From the NCBI GenBank assembly GCA_963749085.1, contig CAVVLG010000002.1, forward strand, positions 83,178-147,177: a DNA stretch of 64,000 nucleotides. Direction: 5' to 3'. The notes beneath the pieces were generated by a model, which was given only the letters and a program-made list of their open reading frames with translations, was not told the DNA's origin and searched no databases. Shown here in pieces: positions 36,848 through 46,436 of the stretch (its first letter is position 1; every line of letters begins with the position of its first letter). The position numbers and the translations under genes are program-made. The DNA is from Candidatus Adlerbacteria bacterium. GTDB taxonomy: Bacteria; Patescibacteriota; Minisyncoccia; Phycocordibacterales; SBAW01.

Positions 36848-37474
36848 CTATTCCTTTAGCTTGGCGATGGCACGCTGTAAGTTTCTGCGCGCTGCTTGTT
36901 CATACCGCTTTCTGAAAAAAAGCAGATAGTAAATGTAGGGGCGGTCAAGAAACGATTGCAGAATTGCAATCCGTCCCTTGGCATATGCTGCCTTAGGTAC
37001 GAACGCATATTCTTTGCGGATAGCCTGACCGTCCGCGTCGAAGTCCTTGCTGTTCTTTCCGAGACCGGCGAGATCGATGTCGCACATGAGTTGATCGTCC
37101 AGCTCCGTCACAACAAAGGTATGCTTAGTGGCGCGTATGACTCGACGGACGTTCTTTTTAAAGTAGTCAGAGCCGCTAAGCCGTACTATTTCTTCTCCAG
37201 CCAGTCTGGCGCTTCGATCCTCGTTGTCTTTGCGTCTGGGATCGTAAATGGCGTCATGGAAAAAAATGGCTGCTTCGACGACCCAAGGATTCTGAGCCAA
37301 ATGGCGGGTTTGATCAAAGGTCGTGAGACACGATTCGATGTGATCAAGAGTGTGATACGCCCGATGTGGCTCTTGGTAGCGGTGCCACAGGCGCGAACGC
37401 ACGTGCAGGATCTCTTGCTTTGGTGCCGCTGGGCAACGTACCCAGAAGTCGTACCAACGTTTCTCCATACTCAT
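36848..37474 (-). CDS. HD-superfamily metal-dependent phosphohydrolase (COG4339-like)
   Basis: YHTLDHIESCL...FFHDAIYDP. ATG after GGAGAG. The track start is a TTG at 37534. Confidence 0.6.
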   Translation of the reverse strand: MSMEKRWYDFWVRCPAAPKQEILHVRSRLWHRYQEPHRAYHTLDHIESCLTTFDQTRHLAQNPWVVEAAIFFHDAIYDPRRKDNEDRSARLAGEEIVRLSGSDYFKKNVRRVIRATKHTFVVTELDDQLMCDIDLAGLGKNSKDFDADGQAIRKEYAFVPKAAYAKGRIAILQSFLDRPYIYYLLFFRKRYEQAARRNLQRAIAKLKE

Positions 37475-37554
37475 TGTTCTCTCCACGGTTTGCTGTTCTG
37501 GTGTACTCGTACCAGGTATAGGAGCTTTTGTCAAATTATGCTATACTGAAATAA

Positions 37555-39429
37555 ATGGAGAAAAAAAAGCCTGAAATTCAGGGGCAAAAGTCCCTGATAC
37601 AAATTTATATTGAGCACACGCTGCGGTATCCGTGGCTTTTTGCGCTAATGATCTTCGCCACCATAGGGATGCAGGCCGCTTCCTTGGCCTCGCCGCTCTA
37701 CCTCCGGGAGTTCTTCAATGATCTCGCCCTGAGCTCGCCCAGTGCGGCGATAGTAGAGCAACTGGTCTTCATCATCGTGATCATCGGCCTCCTTTCGTTT
37801 CTTAACTGGGTGATGAATCGGCTCCAGACGTACAGTCTCAACTATGTGGAATCGCGCGTCATAAGCGACCTCATGGCTTCCGCCTTTCAGTATCTGATAG
37901 GACACTCCTATAATTTCTTCATTTCGAACTTCGCTGGCACTCTTACCCATCGCGTGAGCCGCTTCGCCAAGGGCTATGAAAACATCCTCGACAGCATTAT
38001 GCTGCAGTTTTTTCCCGCGGCGCTCTTCGTCGGCGGTGCCATCATTATCCTCTCTCTGCGCAACCTCGTGCTCGGCCTTATCTTGGGCGCATGGGTGGTC
38101 GTCTTTTTGGCATTTCAAATTTGGATAGCGCGCAAGCGTCAGCCTATTCGCGCGTCTCGCGCTGCAGAAGAAAGCAAGACCACCGGTATGCTTGCAGATG
38201 CAGTCGGCAACCAGCTCAATATCGCGCTCTTCTCGGGCTCTTCGTTTGAGAATACCCGATTCGGCAGCGCGGTGGAGAGCCTGCGCGCAGCCACCATACG
38301 CTCCTGGAGGGCCGATGAATATACCTGGGCCGCGCAAAGCTTCCTCATGATATTCATAAATGTGGCGCTTCTCTACGGCGCGCTTCATTACTGGCAGCAG
38401 GGCATGCTCACGATAGGCGATTTCGTGCTTATTCAGTCATATCTCCTGAGCGCTTTCAACCAGCTGTTGGGCATCAACTGGCAATTGCGCCGGTTCTACG
38501 ATGTATATGCCGACGCAAAAGAAATGGTCACCATACTCAACGAGCCGCACGAAGTGGCCGATCTGCCGGATGCGCTGCCGCTTGTCGTGACCAAAGGATT
38601 GATTGAGTTCAAGGATGTGTCCTTCACCTTCAATAAAGAACGGGCGGTGCTTGAGCACTTCTCCTTGCGGGTGGATGCCGGAGAGAAAGTGGCCCTCGTG
38701 GGACCCTCAGGAGCGGGCAAGTCGACGCTTACGAAGCTTCTACTGCGCCTCTACGACGTGCAAGGCGGCACCATTGCGATAGACGGACAGAACATAGCCG
38801 CAGTGACTCAGGACTCGCTGCGAGATGCTATTGCCTTCGTTCCTCAAGAGCCAATACTGTTTCACCGCACCCTCATGGAGAACATTCGGTATGGGCGCCG
38901 AGGGGCAACAGACAAGGAAGTCATAGAAGCCGCCACGCAAGCCCATTGTCATGAATTCATTTCAGCCTTGCCTGAAGGCTACAACACGTTTGTGGGCGAG
39001 CGGGGCATCAAACTTTCGGGCGGCGAGCGCCAGCGCGTCGCTATCGCCCGCGCGATACTCAAAAACGCTCCCATACTGCTCCTTGATGAAGCGACATCCT
39101 CTCTTGATTCGGAATCCGAAGCGCTTATCCAAGATGCGCTCACACATCTGATGCGACAGAAAACCGTTATGGTGATTGCGCACCGCCTCAGCACCATCAT
39201 GAGAATGGATAGGATCATTGTCCTTGAGCACGGCACCATCGTTGCGCAAGGCACGCATGCGGAGCTTCTCCAAAAAGGGGGTCTCTACCACAAACTCTGG
39301 AGCATCCAGGCGGGAGGCTTTCTGGTTGATCCGGAGGAATTGGCCGAGGAATCCGTGGGGCTTGAGGAGGAAGAGGAGGAAGACACCAAAGACTTGCCGA
39401 AGGTGGTGAAGACGGGTAAAATCGAATAA
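37555..39429 (+). CDS. ABC transporter, fused permease/ATP-binding exporter (MsbA/ABCB-like) with an acidic C-terminal tail
   Basis: Six TM helices. Walker [10 protein letters not shown]. Signature [14 protein letters not shown]. Walker B LLLDEATS. Confidence 0.92.
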   Translation: MEKKKPEIQGQKSLIQIYIEHTLRYPWLFALMIFATIGMQAASLASPLYLREFFNDLALSSPSAAIVEQLVFIIVIIGLLSFLNWVMNRLQTYSLNYVESRVISDLMASAFQYLIGHSYNFFISNFAGTLTHRVSRFAKGYENILDSIMLQFFPAALFVGGAIIILSLRNLVLGLILGAWVVVFLAFQIWIARKRQPIRASRAAEESKTTGMLADAVGNQLNIALFSGSSFENTRFGSAVESLRAATIRSWRADEYTWAAQSFLMIFINVALLYGALHYWQQGMLTIGDFVLIQSYLLSAFNQLLGINWQLRRFYDVYADAKEMVTILNEPHEVADLPDALPLVVTKGLIEFKDVSFTFNKERAVLEHFSLRVDAGEKVALVGPSGAGKSTLTKLLLRLYDVQGGTIAIDGQNIAAVTQDSLRDAIAFVPQEPILFHRTLMENIRYGRRGATDKEVIEAATQAHCHEFISALPEGYNTFVGERGIKLSGGERQRVAIARAILKNAPILLLDEATSSLDSESEALIQDALTHLMRQKTVMVIAHRLSTIMRMDRIIVLEHGTIVAQGTHAELLQKGGLYHKLWSIQAGGFLVDPEELAEESVGLEEEEEEDTKDLPKVVKTGKIE

Positions 39430-39434
39430 TCAGT

Positions 39435-40511
39435 ATGGCTAACAAACTCAATTACTACGAACTGCTCGGAGTCGATAAAAAGGCATCCAAGGATGATATC
39501 AAAAAAGCATTTCACAAACTCGCTCATAAATATCACCCGGATAAAAAAGAGGGCGACGCCGACAAATTCAAACAAGTAAGCGAAGCATACTCGGTACTCT
39601 CCGACGACAAAAAACGCGCCGAATATGACTCCTATGGTCGCGTCTTCAGCGAAGGAGCGGGCGCTGGGGCTTCGGGTGGCGCTGATTTTGATTTTTCGCA
39701 ATTCCAGGATGCGTTTTCGCAAGGTGGATTTGATTTTGGCGACATGTTCGGCGACCTCTTTACCGGCGGTATGGGGGGCACCCGCCAGAGACGCGGTCGC
39801 GACATCTCCATTGACCTTGAGATATCGTTCAAAGAATCAGTGTTCGGCACCAAGCGCACGGTCCTCTTGGCTAAGACGGCGCAGTGCGAAACGTGCCACG
39901 GCAGCGGCGCTGAGCCGGGTACGTCTCTGGAGACCTGCAAACAGTGCAATGGGACCGGCAAAGTCCACGAGACGAACAACTCGTTCTTCGGACAGATAAC
40001 GATGGTGACGGAGTGCCGGCAGTGCCACGGCACGGGCAAGATTCCAAAGGAGAAATGTCATACATGCCGCGGCGAGGGCGTCTATCGCAAACAAGAGGAG
40101 GTGGCGGTCATGGTGCCCTCGGGCATCGAGGGAGGGGAGATGATACGGCTCACCGGCATAGGCGAGGCGGTTCAAAACGGCCAACCGGGGGATTTGTATG
40201 TCAAAGTCCATGTGGAGAGGGACTCGCGCTTTAAAAAGGACGGTGCCAATGTGGTCACGGAGCTATCGATAAAACTATCGGACGCGCTCTTGGGGAGCGA
40301 GTATACCATACAGACGCTCGACGGCGAGGAGCTGCTTCCTATTCCGGCTGGCATTTCGCACGGCGAGGTACTCAAAGTGAAGGGTCGCGGCGTGCCTATG
40401 GGCCGGGGCAAGCGGGGCGATCTGTTTGTGAGAATCAAAATAACACTGCCACAAAAACTATCCCGCAGCGCCCGCGCACTCATCGAGAAGCTCAAGGAAG
40501 AAGGGGTATAG
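39435..40511 (+). CDS. dnaJ: chaperone DnaJ (J domain, G/F region, 4x CxxCxGxG zinc finger, C-terminal domains)
   Basis: [68 protein letters not shown]. Confidence 0.96.
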   Translation: MANKLNYYELLGVDKKASKDDIKKAFHKLAHKYHPDKKEGDADKFKQVSEAYSVLSDDKKRAEYDSYGRVFSEGAGAGASGGADFDFSQFQDAFSQGGFDFGDMFGDLFTGGMGGTRQRRGRDISIDLEISFKESVFGTKRTVLLAKTAQCETCHGSGAEPGTSLETCKQCNGTGKVHETNNSFFGQITMVTECRQCHGTGKIPKEKCHTCRGEGVYRKQEEVAVMVPSGIEGGEMIRLTGIGEAVQNGQPGDLYVKVHVERDSRFKKDGANVVTELSIKLSDALLGSEYTIQTLDGEELLPIPAGISHGEVLKVKGRGVPMGRGKRGDLFVRIKITLPQKLSRSARALIEKLKEEGV

Positions 40512-40522
40512 CCAATAAGGTA

Positions 40523-40550
40523 AAGACCGCATGCTCGATGCGGTCTTTTA
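40523..40550 (+). terminator. rho-independent terminator (aagaccgcat-gctcg-atgcggtctt plus tta). It overlaps the stop of the convergent gene.
   Basis: Read from the sequence. Confidence 0.7.
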
Positions 40551-40844
40551 GTCGAGATTGTGTTTTTGCAGCACCTCCTCTACTTTTGCTTCAATCTCGT
40601 GCCACGCGTACGCGTTCGCTTTGAGTACCGTTATCTTATAGGGATCGATGTAGATGCTGCATACGCCATCGATGGCAAGAAGATCGCTCGCGAGCCAGCC
40701 ATTTTTAAGCCGGTCCGCAGATAGAGGAATAGCCTGCTCCCAGTCGAGCCGGTCATAGCTGAGCGGCAGGGAAGTGATGAGGCGCTGCCGTACGTGAAAA
40801 CTTGCGAGATGCGGATGCTTGCGGAAGAGCTCAAGTTGAGACAT
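40548..40844 (-). CDS. hypothetical protein (about 99 aa)
   Basis: ORF with AAAGGA Shine-Dalgarno 6 nt before the second ATG. No known motif. Confidence 0.4.
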   Translation of the reverse strand: MSQLELFRKHPHLASFHVRQRLITSLPLSYDRLDWEQAIPLSADRLKNGWLASDLLAIDGVCSIYIDPYKITVLKANAYAWHEIEAKVEEVLQKHNLD

Positions 40845-40916
40845 CGGCATTCCTTTCTATGAGAAATCGTCCGACCTCAGTATAGCGAATAGGATTTTTT
40901 CTGCTATGCTGTCTTC

Positions 40917-41861
40917 ATGGTAGAGAAACGGCGCATTTTTACTGGTTTGAAACCAAGTGGCCAATTACATATTGGCAATTATTTTGGCGCGCTCTTGCCC
41001 ATGGTGGAAATGTTCAGGGATCACGAAGGACTCATCATGATTGCCGACTATCATGCAATGACGACTTTGAAAGATCCGAAGGCCATGCACGATAACATCC
41101 TTTCAATAGCTAAAGATTACCTGGCTGCGGGTATTAATCTTGAGAACGCCACCATGTTCAAACAGTCCGACATTCCAGAACATACTGAACTCGCGTGGAT
41201 ATTTGAGTGCCTCGTTAGTGTGCCGTTCTTGATGCAAGCGCATGCCTATAAGGACGCAATGGCGAAGGGTTTGGATGCCAACGCCGGGCTCTTTAATTAC
41301 CCCATGCTTATGGCAGCGGATATTCTGCTCTATGACACCGACGTGGTGCCGGTAGGGCAGGACCAGCGTCAACACATCGAGTACGCACGCGAGGCAGCCT
41401 CGAAGTTCAATCTCGCTTTTGGGCAGACGTTTAAAGAGCCTGAGGAGTTGATACAAACGCAAGTGGCTGTTGTGCCCGGAACCGATGGGCAGAAGATGAG
41501 CAAGAGCTATGGCAATATCATTCCGCTCTTTGGCACAAAAGACGAAATAACCAAAGCAGTTATGAGCATCGTGACCGACTCCTCCGGGGATAGACCGGCA
41601 AATGTCTATGCCATTCACGCACTATTTAAGTCGAGACCGGAGCTTGAAAGTCTCTACGCAGCCAATAAGGGCAACTACAAACTGCTCAAAGAAGCTCTTA
41701 TCGAGGACATTGAAGCGTCTGTCTCTCCCTTGCGAGCAAAGCGCGACATGATTTCAAACGATGACGTAAAAAGAACTCTGGCAGAAGGGGGGAAGAAAGC
41801 TCGAACGCAGGCCGAGGCGAAAATGAAAGAAGTACGGGAGAAAATAGGGGTAGCGCTTTAA
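40917..41861 (+). CDS. trpS: tryptophan--tRNA ligase
   Basis: TGLKPSGQLHIGNYFGA (HIGH motif) and KMSKSYGN (KMSKS motif). 314 aa. Confidence 0.88.
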   Translation: MVEKRRIFTGLKPSGQLHIGNYFGALLPMVEMFRDHEGLIMIADYHAMTTLKDPKAMHDNILSIAKDYLAAGINLENATMFKQSDIPEHTELAWIFECLVSVPFLMQAHAYKDAMAKGLDANAGLFNYPMLMAADILLYDTDVVPVGQDQRQHIEYAREAASKFNLAFGQTFKEPEELIQTQVAVVPGTDGQKMSKSYGNIIPLFGTKDEITKAVMSIVTDSSGDRPANVYAIHALFKSRPELESLYAANKGNYKLLKEALIEDIEASVSPLRAKRDMISNDDVKRTLAEGGKKARTQAEAKMKEVREKIGVAL

Positions 41862-41865
41862 TGCT

Positions 41866-43188
41866 ATGGAGAGGACTTTAATCGCGGATTTACATACAAA
41901 GATCGGAGGGCAGGCCTTGATACAAGGCTCAGTTTCGGTTCGACGCGATCAAGGCAAGATGGTGTTTTTCGACTTTCGCGATAGGTCAGGAAGCGTGCAG
42001 GGCGTGGCGCTTCCCTCCGAGGAGCTTGCCATGGCAGTTGCTAAAGAAGTTCGCGCTGAGTACGTCGTTACTGCCTCAGGGGTGGTTAACAAGCGCCCGG
42101 AGAAGAATGTGAATGAAGGCACTCTCAACGGCAACCTGGAACTCCACGTGCAGGCGCTTGAAATACTCTCCAAAGCTGAAATCCCGTTTGAGCTCGGCGC
42201 GGAACTCAATCTCGACACGTATCTCGACAATCTGCCCTTTACGCTGCGCAGCCAGCGTTCAAAGGACATCTTCACCGTCCAGTCTGAGATTATTGAAGCG
42301 TTCCGCGAAGCCCTGTGGGAGGAAGACTTTATGGAGTTTCAGGCTCCGGCCATAGTCGGGGGAGACGCTGAAGGCGGCGCTGCAGCGTTTAAGGTTGACT
42401 ACTATTATGATCAGAAGGCTTTCCTCGCCACCTCACCGCAGTTGTATAAGCAGATCATGACGGGGGTGTTTGAGCGGGTGTTCACGACACCAAAAATCTT
42501 CCGCGGGGAGAAACACTCCACGTCGCGGCACTTAAGTGAGCTCACCCAGATGGACTTCGAGATGGCGTTTATCAAAGACCACCACGACGTGATGGATATG
42601 CTCGAGCACGTCATGAAGCACATTGTCGCCAAGGTGATAGAGAAGCACGGCGATATTTTGCAAAGCATGAGCATTGAAGCGCCACTTCTGCCGAAAAAAT
42701 TTCCTTCGATAAAACTACGTAAGGCGCAGGAGATACTAGGCGCCGCCAAAGAGCCCGACCTTGATCCAGAGCAGGAGCGGGAGTTGTGGGAGTGGGCCAA
42801 ACGGGAGCATCAGTCCGACTTTGTGTTCGTGACGCATTTTCCGATAGAAAAACGTCCCTTTTATACCTACGAAGATGAAGATGACCAAGGTTACACCAAG
42901 TACTTTGACCTCTTATTCAGGGGGTTGGAAATAAACAGCGGGGGACAGCGAGTCCACAATTATGAAGAGCTGGTTGAGCGCATTAATGCTAAAGGACTTG
43001 ATCCGGCGAAATTCTCCTTCTATTTGCAGGCATTCAAAACGGGCATGCCACCTCATGGGGGATGTTCCACAGGACTTGAGCGCCTTACCGCAAAAATGTT
43101 GAATCTGCCGAACGTAAAAGAGGCGGCTCTCTTTCCACGGGACTTAAATCGTATAGATACGTTGCTGTCGAGTGATAAGAAAGACTAG
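41866..43188 (+). CDS. aspS: aspartate--tRNA ligase, archaeal/eukaryal-type (about 440 aa, possibly non-discriminating)
   Basis: Class IIb anticodon-binding OB fold. FLATSPQLYKQ. Motif 2 FRGEKHSTSRHLSELTQMDFEMAF. Motif 3 GMPPHGGCSTGLERL. Confidence 0.75.
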   Translation: MERTLIADLHTKIGGQALIQGSVSVRRDQGKMVFFDFRDRSGSVQGVALPSEELAMAVAKEVRAEYVVTASGVVNKRPEKNVNEGTLNGNLELHVQALEILSKAEIPFELGAELNLDTYLDNLPFTLRSQRSKDIFTVQSEIIEAFREALWEEDFMEFQAPAIVGGDAEGGAAAFKVDYYYDQKAFLATSPQLYKQIMTGVFERVFTTPKIFRGEKHSTSRHLSELTQMDFEMAFIKDHHDVMDMLEHVMKHIVAKVIEKHGDILQSMSIEAPLLPKKFPSIKLRKAQEILGAAKEPDLDPEQERELWEWAKREHQSDFVFVTHFPIEKRPFYTYEDEDDQGYTKYFDLLFRGLEINSGGQRVHNYEELVERINAKGLDPAKFSFYLQAFKTGMPPHGGCSTGLERLTAKMLNLPNVKEAALFPRDLNRIDTLLSSDKKD

Positions 43189-43288
43189 TTCGATTCCTAG
43201 ACACCCAGCCATTGACAGCTAGCACGATTCGCGTTGTTTTATGCTAGCTCAGGATACTTTGTAATATGAAGATATAATCTCTAAATCA

Positions 43289-43645
43289 ATGGATAAGAAA
43301 GTTATCTTTATTGGACACCCGATCAGTGGGGACATTGAAGGCAACGTACGTAAAGTACTTGCCATATGTGAACAGATCCACAAGAGCGGTTATATACCGC
43401 TGGTGCCCTATCTTGTATCTTTGCAGTATTTGAATGACGCAGTCACAGAAGATCGCGAACTTGGTATCGAAGTCAATCACGAGTGTTTCCGCAGACGTTT
43501 TGTGGACGAACTCTGGCTTTATGGAGAGCACATTTCTAAAGGTATGATCGGGGAAATAGAGCTTGCTAAAGAGCTTGGTATCCCAATTGTGCCAAAGACT
43601 GAGGGAACAAAACACGCCTTAAAAGAGCTTGAGCGGAATGTCTAG
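43289..43645 (+). CDS. DUF4406 / nucleoside 2-deoxyribosyltransferase-like small protein
   Basis: KKVIFIGHPISGDIEGNVRKVLAICEQIHKSGYIPLVPYL. Low-GC context. TATAAT 10 nt upstream. Confidence 0.5.
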   Translation: MDKKVIFIGHPISGDIEGNVRKVLAICEQIHKSGYIPLVPYLVSLQYLNDAVTEDRELGIEVNHECFRRRFVDELWLYGEHISKGMIGEIELAKELGIPIVPKTEGTKHALKELERNV

Positions 43646-43658
43646 CCCTATTACCTGG

Positions 43659-44126
43659 CTACTTGTACATTGTTACATCAGACATTTTGCCAGCGTTATC
43701 ATAAAACAAAGCAAAGTGTACCCGGCTGATGTCCGACGAACTTGTCCGCTGTAGTGCTTCGTAAACCAATTCACCCTGACGATAAGAGTTGAGATAGGGG
43801 ATGAATCGTAAACGGGTATACTGGCGACTCTCTGCGACTCGCGTGATGCAATTACCCGCTTCATCGAGCAAAAGACAACCGCCCCAATTTTTGATTCCAC
43901 CGAGCCAGAAGGGAACGTAAAACGGGGCGTAGAGGAAAATATCCACCAGGTTAGGAAGAGGTATGACCCTATTCAAGAACGCGAAATCGATGCGCTGCAC
44001 ACTCGTTCTCATCCTGTCTGGTTGAGTGCGCACCAGATTTCTGTACTTCCCTCTAATGAAGGGGAAGTCCTTTAGAAACAGCTCGTTCTTCCTTTGTTGT
44101 ACCAAGTCATGATTTACGTCTGTCAT
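43659..44126 (-). CDS. hypothetical protein (155 aa) in the low-GC island
   Basis: ORF with an ATG start. No recognisable motif. Confidence 0.45.
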   Translation of the reverse strand: MTDVNHDLVQQRKNELFLKDFPFIRGKYRNLVRTQPDRMRTSVQRIDFAFLNRVIPLPNLVDIFLYAPFYVPFWLGGIKNWGGCLLLDEAGNCITRVAESRQYTRLRFIPYLNSYRQGELVYEALQRTSSSDISRVHFALFYDNAGKMSDVTMYK

Positions 44127-44364
44127 GACACACCTTTCTGCGGCGTCCCGCCGCTACTATGAGATAGCGTCCCGCTACCTCCACCATTGGCTTCCCGCCA
44201 ACGGTTTCCGAGTTGTTTCTACCACAAGGAAGTGTATCGGGTCAAGTAATTGCCCTACAGAGGGCTTCCACTTCTTCATTTGCACTTTACCCAGCTATGG
44301 TATACACTGCATCTACAAACGGCTTCGGCCTGCCCCCCGCCAGAGATGGCGGGGGGAAAACATT

Positions 44365-44778
44365 TTACAGGTCTAAGTTAGGGAAACAGGCACTGACTAC
44401 TGCCTTGGTCAGAGCATTAAAAGTGTCCTGGTCCATCGTGGCGATTTTCATGGCTAATCGCTTGCGGTCAACAAAACGAATCTGCGAAAGCACCGCGACC
44501 GCGTCGCGTCCGGAGACATCGCCGACCGAGAAATAGTATTTGCCTTTTTTTGGCTTGGCAGTAAGCGGCACAATCAAACATGCATCAAGATTGAACTTGG
44601 AGAGTATGACCACAGGACGCGTGAATAGCTCACTACTACCATCTTGCTCGTAGCCGATGTTTGCGCCAAGTGCGCACCACCACACCTCGCGCTCATGGAA
44701 CAAAGCAGTACCTTCCACCTCATTGAGCTGTTCCTTCTTGCTATGCCACTTCCAAAAATCTTTTTTCATTTTTGCCAT
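44365..44778 (-). CDS. PemK/MazF/EndoA-family endoribonuclease toxin with a short N-terminal extension. No upstream antitoxin gene.
   Basis: REVWWCALGANIGYEQDG..RPVVILS...CLIVPLTAKPKK...LSQIRFVDRKRLAMKIATMDQDTFNALTKAV aligns along its whole length with Kid/EndoA. Start placed at an internal ATG. The track ORF extends to 44838. Confidence 0.6.
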   Translation of the reverse strand: MAKMKKDFWKWHSKKEQLNEVEGTALFHEREVWWCALGANIGYEQDGSSELFTRPVVILSKFNLDACLIVPLTAKPKKGKYYFSVGDVSGRDAVAVLSQIRFVDRKRLAMKIATMDQDTFNALTKAVVSACFPNLDL

Positions 44779-44874
44779 TGTAGCATTACTATCAACGCTT
44801 CTGGTATAAAAAAGGGGTGCAGTCGGCGTATAGATCATCTACCAAGTTCTCACTACGGCAAACCAGGAGTAATC

Positions 44875-46209
44875 ATGAAAAAAGAAAACCTACTCCGCGC
44901 GACCAAGTACCTAGAGTCGTGGGCTGATTTCAATTTCCCTTTTTCAAGGATGCCCGGCCTTGTAATAGCTCTCCAAGAGGGAGACAAGATAGTGTTTCAA
45001 AAAGCGTGGGGAATGGCCAATGTCGAAAGAAAAATCCGCATGCGAACAAATCATCTCTTCCGTATAGCCTCTCACTCAAAGATGTTCACGGCGGTCTCCA
45101 TCATGCAGTTGGTTGAGAAGGGCAAAATACGTCTCAATGAACCGCTCGTCACATATCTCCCGTGGCTCAAAGAAGCGAAGGACAACAGATACCGAAAGAT
45201 CACCGTGCGTCAGGTCATGGAACATGCGGCCGGTATTATCCGGGACGGTCTCGACTCAAACTACTGGGACCTGCAAGCTCCTTTCCCAACGAGGGAGAAA
45301 TTGATAAGGGACTTCAAGTCGACCAAGCTGGTATTCAATCCGAATAAGCAGTTCAAATACTCAAACTACGGTTTTTCTTTGCTCGGACTTTTGATAGAGG
45401 AGGTAAGCGGCATGTCGTACGCAGACTATCTCAAGAAAAATATCTTCACTCCCTTACGTATGCGCAATGCGGGAGCGGATATTGACGGGGTAGATAAGTC
45501 CCGCTTCCCAGTACCTTACTCACGAGAGAATAAAGCACTCAAAAGGTCTCCGTTGAAGAACCCCAGTAGCAGAGGCATGGCCGCGGCCACTGGGGTGTAC
45601 GCCTCCGCGGAGGACCTCTGCAAGTTCACGCGCATCTTCTACACTAAAAACAAGGTCATCTCCGAGAAAAGCATTCGCGAAATCACTCGTATGCACTGGC
45701 ACACCGACAAGAAGGATGCCACTAAACTCTACGGATTAGGATTTGACCGTCGTAAGATAGGCTCGAAGTGGTACGTGGGGCATGGGGGAGGATTCCCTGG
45801 GTTCATAACCCGCACCATGATTGACCGAAAGGATAAAATTACACTCGTGGTCCTTAAAAATTGCCTCTACGGGGCTGATTTCACTGCAAGTACGCTCACT
45901 ATCCTCCAGTTTTTTGAGAACATGAACATATCCTCTTCCACGAAAAAGGCGGACGTATATGAGGGGAGATACGAGAATCTCTGGAGCATACTGGATATCA
46001 TTAATCGTGGAGACAAGTTAATTGCTTTTAGTCCGATTGGTTGGGACACTCCCAAGGACGCGCAGGAACTTAAAAAGATTGGAAAAGATAAGTATCTGAT
46101 TACAAGGGCAGATAGTTTCTTCTCGCCCGGCGAGCTAGTAAAGTTCATGCACAAAAACGGTGCCATTCGGTCGGTTATTTATGCCGGTGCCAAAGCTTCC
46201 AAGGTATGA
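44875..46209 (+). CDS. serine hydrolase of the beta-lactamase / penicillin-binding-protein (class C-like) family
   Basis: SxxK (SHSKMF) and YxN (YSNYGF) motifs. AGGAG Shine-Dalgarno 7 nt upstream of the internal ATG. The track ORF start at 44644 overlaps the MazF-like gene. Confidence 0.75.
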   Translation: MKKENLLRATKYLESWADFNFPFSRMPGLVIALQEGDKIVFQKAWGMANVERKIRMRTNHLFRIASHSKMFTAVSIMQLVEKGKIRLNEPLVTYLPWLKEAKDNRYRKITVRQVMEHAAGIIRDGLDSNYWDLQAPFPTREKLIRDFKSTKLVFNPNKQFKYSNYGFSLLGLLIEEVSGMSYADYLKKNIFTPLRMRNAGADIDGVDKSRFPVPYSRENKALKRSPLKNPSSRGMAAATGVYASAEDLCKFTRIFYTKNKVISEKSIREITRMHWHTDKKDATKLYGLGFDRRKIGSKWYVGHGGGFPGFITRTMIDRKDKITLVVLKNCLYGADFTASTLTILQFFENMNISSSTKKADVYEGRYENLWSILDIINRGDKLIAFSPIGWDTPKDAQELKKIGKDKYLITRADSFFSPGELVKFMHKNGAIRSVIYAGAKASKV

Positions 46210-46352
46210 AAAATAAAAAGGTCGCCGATTACTACGATAAATTGTATTCCGATGATGAGAAGGCTTTTAGTGGGGAGCCGCTGCTTCTTGTAAAAGTGCT
46301 TACAGAGCAGCTTTCTTCAGGAAGTATTCTGGAGATCGGAGGGTGGGGTTGA
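46206..46352 (+). pseudogene. remnant of a class I SAM-dependent methyltransferase (N-terminal 48 codons only, ends inside motif I ILEIGGWG*)
   Basis: MKNKKVADYYDKLYSDDEKAFSGEPLLLVKVLTEQLSSGSILEIGG then stop. A different frame stays open for about 40 more codons. Confidence 0.5.
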
Positions 46353-46398
46353 ATTGAAGACAGAGATTTTGGATATTGCCGAGGGCAGGGTCCAAATA

Positions 46399-46427
46399 TT
46401 GGACAAAATAGAAAATTTTGGTATAGT
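46399..46427 (+). promoter_or_regulatory. sigma70-like promoter TTGGAC-N17-TATAGT, 9 nt upstream of the pepA ATG (leaderless-type)
   Basis: Read from the sequence. Confidence 0.55.
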
Positions 46428-46436
46428 TTCGGTCTT

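Noticed and set aside
43190-43215. tRNA T-loop-like GTTCGATTCC plus ...CCAGCCA immediately after the aspS stop
   Set aside because: There is no matching 5' acceptor or D/anticodon arm upstream, and that region is aspS coding sequence. So this is not a tRNA gene. I mention it only as a possible integration-site remnant.
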